A stretch of DNA of 63,295 nt, filler included, from Nemertoderma westbladi (taxonomy: Eukaryota; Animalia; Xenacoelomorpha), in assembly GCA_032718475.1 (NCBI GenBank). It is 4 parts of 4 records of this genome, joined end to end, with 100 filler letters (N's around TTAATTAATTAA, not from the genome) between each part and the next. Parts side by side here need not be neighbours in the genome. Positions count along the whole stretch, not along the records: positions 24,718 to 48,538 come from JAUCBJ010000554.1; 3 more parts are not named here. One strand, 5' to 3'. Of the stretch, positions 24,718 through 36,457 are shown in pieces (the first letter of the stretch is position 1; the number at the start of each line of letters is the position of its first letter). The position numbers and the translations under genes are program-made. The notes beneath the pieces were generated by a model. The model worked only from the letters and a program-made list of their open reading frames with translations. It did not search any database and was not told the origin of the DNA.

Positions 24718-26437
24718 AAAATCACTTATTCTATCTAATTCTCTCTTTTGGGCACCAAACCCCCAAAATCTAAAAATTTTAACTCAAATTAAAAAAATTT
24801 AAGTAGGGAATATTTCTTTAAAAACAATCCCTCACCGGTCTTGAATTTTAAATTTTAAATAAATTTTTATATCTCATTATTATAAAAAAAAAAATGCAAC
24901 TTAATGAGGTTTGCCCCTCACACTTAATTTAAAAAAAATATGTGAGAGGAAGAAAATTCAATCTTTAAGAAATTTTCTCTAAAGCAATCTAAATTGCGCA
25001 ATGACTAAACTCACTATCTTTAGGGCAGGACCATAATTAAACACTACTCCTCCTAAACCTACTCGGGTTACACTAAAAATATTCCCTCTCTATCTATCCC
25101 CTCCCTCCCAACCGGAGGGGGGTTGAGACTAAACTGAAAAACTAATATAAAAATCTAAAGAAAGGCTGAAATAATCAACTAAAGTGACTTAAAAAATCAC
25201 TTATTCTATCTAATTCTCTCTTTTGGGCACCAAACCCCCAAAATCTAAAAATTTTAACTCAAATTAAAAAAATTTAAGTAGGGAATATTTCTTTAAAAAC
25301 AATCCCTCACCGGTCTTGAATTTTAAATTTTAAATAAATTTTTATATCTCATTATTATAAAAAAAAAAATGCAACTTAATGAGGTTTGCCCCTCACACTT
25401 AATTTAAAAAAAATATGTGAGAGGAAGAAAATTCAATCTTTAAGAAATTTTCTCTAAAGCAATCTAAATTGCGCAATGACTAAACTCACTATCTTTAGGG
25501 CAGGACCATAATTAAACACTACTCCTCCTAAACCTACTCGGGTTACACTAAAAATATTCCCTCTCTATCTATCCCCTCCCTCCCAACCGGAGGGGGGTTG
25601 AGACTAAACTGAAAAACTAATATAAAAATCTAAAGAAAGGCTGAAATAATCAACTAAAGTGACTTAAAAAATCACTTATTCTATCTAATTCTCTCTTTTG
25701 GGCACCAAACCCCCAAAATCTAAAAATTTTAACTCAAATTAAAAAAATTTAAGTAGGGAATATTTCTTTAAAAACAATCCCTCACCGGTCTTGAATTTTA
25801 AATAAATTTTTATATCTCATTATTATAAAAAAAAAAATGCAACTTAATGAGGTTTGCCCCTCACACTTAATTTAAAAAAAATATGTGAGAGGAAGAAAAT
25901 TCAATCTTTAAGAAATTTTCTCTAAAGCAATCTAAATTGCGCAATGACTAAACTCACTATCTTTAGGGCAGGACCATAATTAAACACTACTCCTCCTAAA
26001 CCTACTCGGGTTACACTAAAAATATTCCCTCTCTATCTATCCCCTCCCTCCCAACCGGAGGGGGGTTGAGACTAAACTGAAAAACTAATATAAAAATCTA
26101 AAGAAAGGCTGAAATAATCAACTAAAGTGACTTAAAAAATCACTTATTCTATCTAATTCTCTCTTTTGGGCACCAAACCCCCAAAATCTAAAAATTTTAA
26201 CTCAAATTAAAAAAATTTAAGTAGGGAATATTTCTTTAAAAACAATCCCTCACCGGTCTTGAATTTTAAATAAATTTTTATATCTCATTATTATAAAAAA
26301 AAAAATGCAACTTAATGAGGTTTGCCCCTCACACTTAATTTAAAAAAAATATGTGAGAGGAAGAAAATTCAATCTTTAAGAAATTTTCTCTAAAGTAAGA
26401 AATTTTCTCTAAAGCAATCTAAATTGCGCAATGACTA
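24718..26437. repeat. 475-bp tandem repeat (about 3.6 near-identical copies)
   Basis: atcacttattctatc recurs at 24721, 25196, 25671, 26139; AT-rich and G-poor on the + strand. Confidence 0.95.
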
Positions 26438-27827
26438 TATTGGAAACCGCTTTCTGGACAATTATTGGTACTGATGTTAATACTACGAATACACCAAATA
26501 TAGCCATGCTATGTTCGACATAGCATGGTTTATAATGCTATGATACAAAGCTGTTGCTATGTTCCAGCCTAAATAACCGAACATAACAGAACCAGTCAAC
26601 CTAATTACAGCTATTTTGAATGTCCAGAATTTATATTATTTAAATTTTGATATTATGCTATGATATGCTATATATAGCATTATTTATGATGCTATGCTGT
26701 CAAAATAATGGTATGGTTAACTATAATACGATAATGAGGACTAAATACATTGTGACTAACTTTTTAACTGCAATTATTGGGGTCTGGTGTTGATGAGTAC
26801 CAGTTAAATAACTGGGAGCAAATCTTGGGATAGGAGTAGCGCCCACCCCTACCCTCGGGTAGCAGCTATCGAAAGAGGAGCCTTCGGGTCGCCTCCGGCT
26901 TCGGCCGACTGTTTGCTTTTTTTTTTGCTTTGGTGTTGATAGACTGGTAGACAGGCCAATATGCTACATTGTGTTATGTATAGCATAATCAATCATGCTA
27001 TACTGCAAATATGTTGTTATGGCTCATATTAGGCTCAACTGAGCTGCTGAGATTTGGTTGCTATATTGTGAATAATATGGCTCGATTAGACAGATAACTG
27101 GGATTAATTTAAACTGAATAATGGTATGTGTCAAAATTGACACACACGGCCTTTCTAGGGGTAGTCAATCAATGTCTGGCCTTTCTAGTGTTAAAGCACA
27201 TATAAATATATCAAATAACCAACAACACACAAGGAAAGTTAAGCAAGTGAGCTCCAATAACGCCCAGCTCCCAATGAAATAATAAGGCCACGCCAAGCGT
27301 TCAATGAAAGAGTAATAGCATGTCAGATTTACGTCCATCAGTTTGTTTACGATGTGCTATAAAATGTATAAAATGCGCTGTGATTTCACGAATAATATAA
27401 TATATTGGCATGACAACACTAAATATAATTAAATAGTTTCATTTCGTTTTGAGTTATTATATATAATACTTAGAGTAACGAAGATTCATCAGGTGACAGC
27501 TGCAGGAGTAAATATAAAACATTAGAAGATTAGGTAGTAGTTTATTTGTAAAAATAACGGTATCAGGAATAAGTAATAATTTCACGGCGTATAAAGAATC
27601 ACTTTTCAGAATTACAATCGTAGGCAACCAATTCGATGGCAAACATGAACCTGAAACCAGTACTTTAGTCTAGTATTTTGGATAGAAAAGCTGACCACTG
27701 TAACCTGTTAACAACGTTCAATCAATCAAATCAATCAATTGACGGTAATATTGGATTGGTTGTCGGCGTAGCATTTACACCAACAGCTAGGTACTGAAGT
27801 AGTTTTCAAACTTAAAAGTACATGTTC

Positions 27828-28480
27828 TACTACTACTACTAGGTCGAGCGAACTCGGACAGTGGAAATGAGATCCTTCCAGGCTTCCCGATTCTTCATAG
27901 TTGTCGCAATTTCGATTCTCCCAAGTTCAGTATCCCTTTCAAGTTGATCTATATATGTTATGGCCGGTCGTCCACGACTACGCTTTCCATGAGTTGGTTG
28001 CCAGAGAAGTAGATCTGGTATGACCTCGTCTTTACTTCGCCAGCAGTGCCCACTGAATCTTAATCTGCGTTCACGGAGGGTGGTTGATACAGGTGGTATT
28101 GTACCATAAAGCTCGGCGTTTGTCATGTGTTGTCTCCAGCTGATGTTTAGGGCAGCCCTTAGTAGTCTTGTGTAGCAACCATCGATTCGTTATTCAAGTG
28201 ATTTAGCCAGTGTCCAGGTCTCACCCCCGTATAAAAATACACTTTCCACTGTGGCTCGAAAGAACTTAGTCTTCAGGTGCCTGGAGAGATCTGATTTCCA
28301 GATGGTATCCATTTTTAATAGAGCTACCCAAGCCTTTGCTTTCCTAACTTCTATGTCCTTTTTGCTACTCTCTATCCATCCATGATCCAAGGTACTGGAA
28401 GTCGTCAACCTTCCTTAGTTGATTATTGTCAATTGTTGTCAAGTTTTCATCAACATTAAAGGTCATGAATTCGGTCCTGG
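27828..28480 (-). mobile_element. RTE-clade LINE 3' fragment (second family)
   Basis: FFRATVESVFLYG, RRLRFSGHCWR, RGRPAITYIDQL; (TAG)n tail. Confidence 0.9.
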
Positions 28481-28569
28481 AAAGTACATGTAAATATATT
28501 AAAATTATGCATCCTAGCCTAACCCAGGCTTTCACCCTTGACTGGTCGATAAATGGGAACGAAAATAAC

Positions 28570-29250
28570 TTGGGGAACCAGAGTGGAAGGGTTTACTGCG
28601 TAAGATCACCCATGGTGGTGAAGATGCATTCCTTTAGGAAACAGAGCGGAAGGGTTTACTGTGGAAGATGACCCATGGTGGTGAACAGGTATTCCTTTAG
28701 GAAACAGAGTGGAAGGGTTTCCTGTGGAAGATCACCAATGGTGGTGAACAGACACTTCTTTAGGAAACAGAGTGGAAGGGTTTACTGTGGAAGATCACCC
28801 ATGGTGGTGAACAGGCACTTCTTTAGGAAACAGAGTGGAAGGATTTCCTGTGGAAGATCACCAATGGTGGTGAACAGGCACTTCTTTAGGAAACAGAGTG
28901 GAAGGGTTTACTGTGGAAGATCACCCATGGTGGTGAACAGGCATTCCTTTAGGAAACAGAGTGGAAGGGTTTATTATGGAAGATCACCCATGGTGGTGAA
29001 CAGGCATTCCTTTAGGAAACAGAGTGGAAGGATTTACTGTGGAAGATCACCCATGGTGGTGAACAGGTATTCCTTTAGGAAACAGAGTGGAAGGGATTCA
29101 TGTGGAAGATCACCCATGGTGGTGAACAGGCATTCCTTTAGGAAACATAGTGGAAGGGTTTACTGTGGAAGATCACCCATGGTGGTGAACAGGTATTCCT
29201 TTAGGAAACAGAGTGGAAGGATTTCCTGTGGAAGATCACCAATGGTGGTG
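28570..29250. repeat. 63-bp minisatellite (about 11 copies)
   Basis: Unit gtggtgaacaggcattcctttaggaaacagagtggaagggtttactgtggaagatcacccatg. Confidence 0.95.
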
Positions 29251-29599
29251 AATAATGCAACAATGATGGAATGGTGGAAAAAAATTCAAATTTTTTTTAA
29301 AATTTAAAAAATCCACTTTTTTTTTAATAATTTCTTTAAAAAAATGCGGAAATATTCTGAAAAAAAAAAAAGTGGCCGAAGAATATTAACGCTTATTAAA
29401 TTTCCTTTCATAAAAATCAAAAATCACAAAAAAAGGTTAAGAAATGGCGGAGGAGTAGTATTTTTTGTGTGAAAAAATGTAATTCCGAGATAATGCCGAT
29501 AATGGTCTTTAAAGTTTAAACCTTCCCGGTCCCGCCAATTATTTTATGTGAATATGAAAGAATATATGTTAAAGTAAGTCTGCCTATGCGGAAGGATAC

Positions 29600-31160
29600 C
29601 ACACCAAAATACTACCTATGGGGGTTTTCCGGGTAGGAGAATTCATTTCTGATGTCAGTTATCAATTTTTTGGAAAATCTTGTCTTCGAACTGACCTTAT
29701 ATGTTCATTCATAATACAGTTGTCGGTTCAAGGTTGCAATCTGTGCAAATTGTCTACTGGGGATATAAATTTATATTGTAACTATATTTATATACGTTAT
29801 ATTCAATAATTGTGTTTTTCTTAGCCCAACACGACTTTAATATCCCATTTAACTTACGTATAGCATAGTACCGGTACCTACCTATATGGATATATTTTGT
29901 CTAATAATCCAAAATTAGATCTGCATCCATTTATCAATCCATAGATTGATATCTGATATTATGAACACATATGGTCGTGATACTGTCAATTTCCATTGAC
30001 TATCCCTCCCCCCCAACCTGTAAGCATGCTTACTATCCCTCTCACAACCTGTAAGCACGCTTACTATCCCTCTCCCAACCTGTAAGCACGCCTATCGGTT
30101 TATTCGGCTTCTGAGTTCCCGTATAAAATTATTATTAATGGTAGCCCGTAGTAGATCACGGTTGTACCACATCCTATATACAACGAGAATCTACAGGAAG
30201 ATAATGGGTGTTTCCTGAGATATTCTTAGAAAATTCGTGGTATCTGCTTGCTGAAGGATCACTTTTTTATGCGCTAATTACACACGGCATGCCTGTAAAG
30301 CGAGTCAGACGTGAAAGGGAATATGATTTTGCAAAATCAAATTGTTGCATAATAATATTACTTTTTTACGCTCACTGTTGTCAATGTTAATGTTGAGAAC
30401 TTTTTTCAGACTAGTATCTGATGTCTGTCTATGAGTCAGTTTGTCTGTCTTTCAAAATATAATAATTCGCACAAAATACCTAAAAATTTATCTATGGGGG
30501 TTTTCGCGGTCGGTAAATTCACATGATGATTTGCTGATGTCAGTTTTCCATTTTTTGCAAAATCTAGTCTTCTAACTGACTATCTGATGTCTGTCTATGA
30601 GTCAGTTTGTCTGTCGGTCTGTCCGTGAAAATATAATAATTCACAGAAAATAACTAAAAATTTCTCTATGGGGGATTTTGTGGTCGGAAATTTCATTCCA
30701 TTTTTTGCAAAATCTTATCTTCTAACTGACTATCTGATGTCTGTCTATGAGTCAGTTTTTCTGTCGGTCTGTCCGTCAAAATATAATAATTCACAGAAAA
30801 TAGCTAAGAATTTCTCTATGGGGGTTTTCGTTGTCGGTAATTTCATTTCCGATGTCAGATTTCGTAATTAGCTGAATCTTGTCTGTGTTTATCTTGGGTC
30901 TGTATGACTGCAAAAATATTTGACGGACAGTCCGACAGACTGACAGATAGACAGACAGAAACGCAGGCAGGCAGACAGACAGACTGATGAGGTTCCACAA
31001 AATATGAAAACTTACAACATAAATTTTTTAACATGAACATTGTTGCATTCTGACAGACAGACTAAAAAGAGACAGACGGACAGACAGCCATAACTCGAAA
31101 AGTAAAAGAAATCTCGCTAAACCGTTTTCAGATTAGAAATCCTCATTAAATTCTGCTCTA
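29600..31160. mobile_element. Repeat debris with (GTCT/ACAG)n tracts, Helitron/Helentron-associated-like
   Basis: Repeated ctatgggggttttc...ttcatttctgatgtcag blocks at about 29617, 30493, 30666, 30816 and GACA microsatellites; family assignment is inference. Confidence 0.4.
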
Positions 31161-31577
31161 GATGAAATTGTAAAAAAAATATCGAATATTTTAACAAGTA
31201 GTACAATGGTAGCGTCCATGTAATAAACCAAATTAATAACAATAGAAATCTGAGATAATTTATTGTTCTAGAATAGTCCGCACCAATTACTATCCCGCCC
31301 TTTATAGGGCCATTTTTTAGACCTGCAAGATTGACAGCATTAACGTACGTTCATCTTCATGGTTCGGTATTCCTTGAATGATTATGGATTCACATATAAT
31401 AGCCATCTGAATATAAAACGGAATTCCTTGAAAAATCAATATTAGCTGGTTGTGAATACCTTGTCATATAATTGTATACCTTGAGTGCCCATTAAATTCA
31501 ATATCCAAAGTATACACACTCCAAGGTATACAAATTTATATATCTGCTTTGAAGCATTGCAGCTATAAAATAATAAA

Positions 31578-31882
31578 GGCCCATGTGAAGAATTCCAGGC
31601 TTTCTGCCGTTCTCTTTCACTTTGCAGTTACCCCCATATGAAGAATACCAGGTTTTCACCAAAAGCACAGGTTACAGAAAGGCTGAATCTAACCAAAACA
31701 ATAAACTATTTAGTATATGTACGTACAGGTTATAAGACAGAAATAAGCGCTATACTAATACTTAATATACTAATGCTTTATACTTAATAAAGATAAATTA
31801 AAAAAAATAAAAAATCTTCATATATAAAATTCCAATAAAAAGTCAACCGAAAAGTGAAATCCTGGTATTCTTCACATGGGCG
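31578..31882. mobile_element. MITE family A, intact copy
   Basis: TIRs GGCCCATGTGAAGAAT / ATTCTTCACATGGGCG; 8-bp TSD ataataaa/atattaaa (1 mismatch). Confidence 0.8.
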
Positions 31883-32628
31883 ATATTAAAGCTCAGAAAT
31901 GTGTTTATATTGCCGCATTATCTGCAGACGAGATTAACTGCTCGCTATCGAATGGAACAATTAAAAACTGTATTATGCCTAAATAAAGATGTTCTAGATT
32001 CCATTATTAAAAACTTAAGAAAATAAATTCACTCAAAGTATACAATTCAAAAACTATTTTTCAAAGTAACTTTCGGCGGTACATAATGCATCAGCGGTTT
32101 GTGATTTATAATGTAGAGATTTAAAAGTTGTTTCAAACGAACAATTCATTCAACGTACAAATACACCGAGTAGATCTTGAGAAACTTATAATGGAATATG
32201 AAGAAATTTGAAAAATTATGCTGAATTTTTATTCACACATTCTGCCACTTGACAGATAAAAACAGTTAGTAAAATTTATTTTCACTTCACCTTAGTGAAG
32301 ACTGAGTTTCAGTTTTTATTATTAGATATTAATTAATAGATAATAGATACATTTTAATAGATATTAAAATGTATAATGAAATGATATATATTTAATGTAT
32401 AATCAGTAATCTCAATAATGCAATATATATAAACCCAAAACCATGGTAGGTTATAGTGATTCTGTTATAGGAGCCCAAAACCATCAGTAAAACTGACCAA
32501 GTTCGTGAAATAATTATATGCTGAGTACAATTTGAAAGTTTAAGTTTATTAATTAAGAAATCTTTTAACATATTACCATAACCACACTGTTAACTACCTA
32601 AATACTAGTATGGTAAGGATCCGCTCAA

Positions 32629-35109
32629 TCAAGGGCGCGGGGGAGGAGGAGGGGGTGGAGGTCCTGGGTAGGGTTGGCCTAACTCGTTACACCAGTACGC
32701 TGCGTGACAATCGCTCAACTCCACGCCACTAGTTGCATACCATCGTTCGATACATTCCCCATCACAGAAGTCTGCATAACAGGTTGGTCCTTCAGACATA
32801 TGGTTATTACAATAGAAACAGGGGTCGCACAGTGCCGTGCATTTCTCCGCCGCGGTCTCGAGATCGCATGGATCGCCTGCACCGTCGTGGTCGTGGTCGC
32901 GGTCGTGGTCGCAGTCAACTACGTTGTTAAGACGGTCGTAGAATATAGCGTGACATCCACCGCAATAGTTGGGCTCGCAATGAGCCTCCGGATGGGCCGG
33001 ACACTCTGCTAATTCGCAGGGATTCACAAAACACAAAACTTCATGAACTCCAGGCGGACACGGACAATCATCGTCCTCAACACAATCAACAAGGTTGCCA
33101 TCCTCGTCGAAATAGTCAGCAAAACAACCGCCACAGTAGTTCGGTCTGCAGTGCGCGTGAGGATGATTGGGGCACGAATGTGTGCCACAAGGATCTTCGT
33201 TACAATGCAGCACCGCCACACCGTTAGGACAAGGACCAACTTCCTCGCAGTCTACCACTTGGTTATCACTGTTGTAGAAGACGGCATTGCAACCTCCGCA
33301 GTAGTTTGGTACGCAGGTGGCGTCGGGGTAGGAAGGACATGTCGCTCGGTCGCAAGGATTCCACATACACGTCGTGTCGTAGGGAACGCCGGGACTACAA
33401 GGGCCGCCGATCGGTTCGCAATCGACTACAGCGCCGTTCTCATCGACAAAATAGTAGCTGCAGCCGCCACAGTAATCGCGGACACAGGTGGCCTCAGGGT
33501 TGGCCGCGCAGACCTTCCCATGGCACGGATCCTCGTAACATGTGTGCAACTCGATACCAGAGGCGCAACACGTTGTAGTGACGCCATCTAGAGGATCCTT
33601 ACAGACACGCTGACAGCCATCCTGACAACAACGTTGATCTTTTCGACACTCCCCATCGTGATCGCATTCGTCATGGGGAGCTACGCATTCTGTTCTGGAG
33701 AGCGCCGGTACGTGGGGACAAACACCCGGTTTAACTATCCACGAAGGCAAACATGTCCGTCGGCATCCGTCCCAACAACATTTCTGCCCTTTCCCTTCAC
33801 AATCGTTATCACAACAACAGTCACTCACCACACGAAACGGACAAAGAGTAAGTAAAGGAGATACTACAGGAGGACAGGATCCTATGTTCACCTTTTTACA
33901 AGGCCAATCGCATGGCTGAACGCATTTATATTGGCATCCAATGCGGCAACACTTCAGGGGATCTTCACACTCATTATCACAATAACATTCGTGGATTCGT
34001 GGTTTTAGAAACAACGCTTCGGTGAAAGGTTCTTGCATTGGACATTTCCCAATTCGAACAAATTGGCAAGGGAGAACTGGTCTTTGACATATTTTCTGGC
34101 ATCCATCGAAGCAACATTTATTGGGAGCTTCGCAATCTTCATCGCATTGGCATGAATCGTGGCTCGGATAATCGCAATACAAAGGATAGCAAAGCTGTTT
34201 CGGGCAACTTCCGATTCTCTCAAATAAACAAGGACAATCATTTGGCTTACATAACTTGGTACATCCATCCTGACAACACTTCAAGTCACCTTTACAATCG
34301 TCGTCGCATTTACACAAAGGTTCTATGGGATCTATAGGACAATATGGAGGTATCACAGGCTTTGGACATTTACAAGGCTTCTCGGTTTTACATGGAAAAT
34401 TTAGAGGTTTAATGCAAACAAATTTGCAACCATCCAAACAACACTTGGAGTCTCCTTTACAATGCTTATCGCACATGCACTGATGAAGGGGAGGAGGGTA
34501 CAAGCATGGCCGCTTGATCCACGGATTGGGACAATGACCTGGTTTCGGAATATCATCTAAACATGGATCCAATGACACAGGCGGGAGACAAACCGCCTTG
34601 CAACCCTGATAGCAGCATTTATAATTACCAGAACAATGTTCATCACACTTGCATTGATGGGGTTGGACAGGGGCGCAATCGGAAAACAGAATGGAATTTA
34701 CAAGTTGACAACTACCCGGTTTATCTACAGAGCATGGCCTTGATGGGGGTGGATCATGGCATGCACTTTTACAGCCATCGTGACAACACTTTTGGTCACC
34801 ATCACAATGACTGTCGTCTTGGCAACTAGATATATCGTCTATGAGACAAGCTTTGTTCATTCTCGATACAAAGGGGCAATTGAGGAAATTAATACGAATT
34901 TCGGGATCAACACAAGCAAAGCCGCAACCAACACGGCAGCATTTGAGAAGATCAGGACATTCATGATCGGAATTGCACTCGGTTGGGCATTCCACCAGGG
35001 TGAGGTAAGAATCGAGATATTGGGGACAGAACCCTGGCTTTTCTTCCGCGCATTGCACCCCATGGTACACAGATGTAATGGCAGACAGCACCACTAAAAT
35101 CCACCACAT
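32629..35109 (-). CDS. Secreted cysteine-rich protein, 826 aa: signal peptide, 9 WAP (four-disulfide core) domains, 4-5 YCGGC repeats, poly-Pro tail; single coding exon
   Basis: Hydrophobic N-terminus MWWILVVLSAITSVYHGVQC; nine KPGxCP...CxxDxxC...KCCxxGCxxxC units; four C..G...C..(D/N)PC....C...P.A.C...YCGGC...VDC units; candidate AATAAA at 32545-32550. Confidence 0.9.
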   Translation of the reverse strand: MWWILVVLSAITSVYHGVQCAEEKPGFCPQYLDSYLTLVECPTECNSDHECPDLLKCCRVGCGFACVDPEIRINFLNCPFVSRMNKACLIDDISSCQDDSHCDGDQKCCHDGCKSACHDPPPSRPCSVDKPGSCQLVNSILFSDCAPVQPHQCKCDEHCSGNYKCCYQGCKAVCLPPVSLDPCLDDIPKPGHCPNPWIKRPCLYPPPLHQCMCDKHCKGDSKCCLDGCKFVCIKPLNFPCKTEKPCKCPKPVIPPYCPIDPIEPLCKCDDDCKGDLKCCQDGCTKLCKPNDCPCLFERIGSCPKQLCYPLYCDYPSHDSCQCDEDCEAPNKCCFDGCQKICQRPVLPCQFVRIGKCPMQEPFTEALFLKPRIHECYCDNECEDPLKCCRIGCQYKCVQPCDWPCKKVNIGSCPPVVSPLLTLCPFRVVSDCCCDNDCEGKGQKCCWDGCRRTCLPSWIVKPGVCPHVPALSRTECVAPHDECDHDGECRKDQRCCQDGCQRVCKDPLDGVTTTCCASGIELHTCYEDPCHGKVCAANPEATCVRDYCGGCSYYFVDENGAVVDCEPIGGPCSPGVPYDTTCMWNPCDRATCPSYPDATCVPNYCGGCNAVFYNSDNQVVDCEEVGPCPNGVAVLHCNEDPCGTHSCPNHPHAHCRPNYCGGCFADYFDEDGNLVDCVEDDDCPCPPGVHEVLCFVNPCELAECPAHPEAHCEPNYCGGCHAIFYDRLNNVVDCDHDRDHDHDGAGDPCDLETAAEKCTALCDPCFYCNNHMSEGPTCYADFCDGECIERWYATSGVELSDCHAAYWCNELGQPYPGPPPPPPPPRP

Positions 35110-35620
35110 ATTTAAGGGAAGTAGTAAAGTATTTTAAATCGTTCTCTCAACTTTCACGATGGGTGAGTTATGCGCCACGCGGAAAAAAAGTAACTATTTT
35201 TAAACATATTTAATGGATTAAATAGAAGTAATGAATGAAACTGATGGGTCGGGATATAATAATAATACCATGAGAAAATTACTCGCGGTTCTTTGAATCG
35301 CCACATGTTGCACTGGATAGACAAAGAATGGAGAAAGAAACCATTCCAACTCACTCAACCGTTTTTTCTCAACCAATTTCATTTATTCCTAATTTATCAA
35401 AACGTAAGTAAAAAAACCCTGGATAGTGCAATATAACAATATAATGATATAACAATAACACAGTGAATAATCATTCTCGATTTGTTATTACTTTGAAATA
35501 TTCGTGTGCTTAGGAACTACAGCAGTGGTGCGTGGCTCGAGTTTTGGATCTCCAGTTTCAAAAAATTATTTCTCAAAGTTTCACAAATAAAATAAATAAT
35601 ATACTCCGGAGTCCCGAATA

Positions 35621-35883
35621 GACGGGGCGACACGGCAATTAATTTCTCCAGACTCCCGAGTACTCCAAACCATAATCGTAACCACAACCAAACTGAATCT
35701 ACCGATATAGACGGGGCGACACGGCAATTAATTTCTCCAGACTCCAGAGTACTCCAAACCATAATCGTAACCACAACCAAACTGAATCTACCGATATAGA
35801 CGGGGCGACACGGCAATTAATTTCTCCAGACTCCAGAGTACTCCAAACCATAATCGTAACCACAACCAAACTGAATCTACCGA
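35621..35883. repeat. 89-bp tandem repeat, 3 copies
   Basis: gacggggcgacacggcaatt at 35621, 35710, 35799. Confidence 0.9.
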
Positions 35884-36457
35884 CCCATCACGGGTTAGTA
35901 GACTCCGATCACTATTGTTATATTTTAAGTAATAAAGTGTGAGTCTCGGATGGAGTACGTTTGGTGCGGGTCCAAATCCTCCAGACTGGCACACAGACTC
36001 AAGGCCGACAAGGACAACATATAAATTACTGATAACTTGATAACAGGAAGTTTGAAACCAAGGTACCTGGTTCGAGCCACACTAGGGTCGGTTGAAATTT
36101 TTCGCTCTGGAGGGCATTATCATACTGTTCTACTGCATTATTATATAATTATATTATACGTACACCACACAAACGTATTTGTTTAATTAAATGTAAATTT
36201 ATAACGGATTGGTAGCTGTGTATAAAAAATTAAATGTACGGTTAAGTGTGATAGTTAGTTGGTGGTTTCTATTACTTTAAGTATAGTATGAAACAATCGT
36301 AGATTGTACCGCTTAGTTAAGATTACAATTAAAAAAAAATTGAGCAAAAAGGGTGCGCAAAGGTTTATCTACTTCCACCTGACAATTGTGCTCACAGCTC
36401 TGAACTTACCTAATAAACCCCATGTCGCACCCTCCTCAGCATAACTAATAAACTCAC

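Noticed and set aside
28675-29307. 210-aa repetitive basic protein
   Set aside because: One open frame of a 63-bp minisatellite; no splice or homology support
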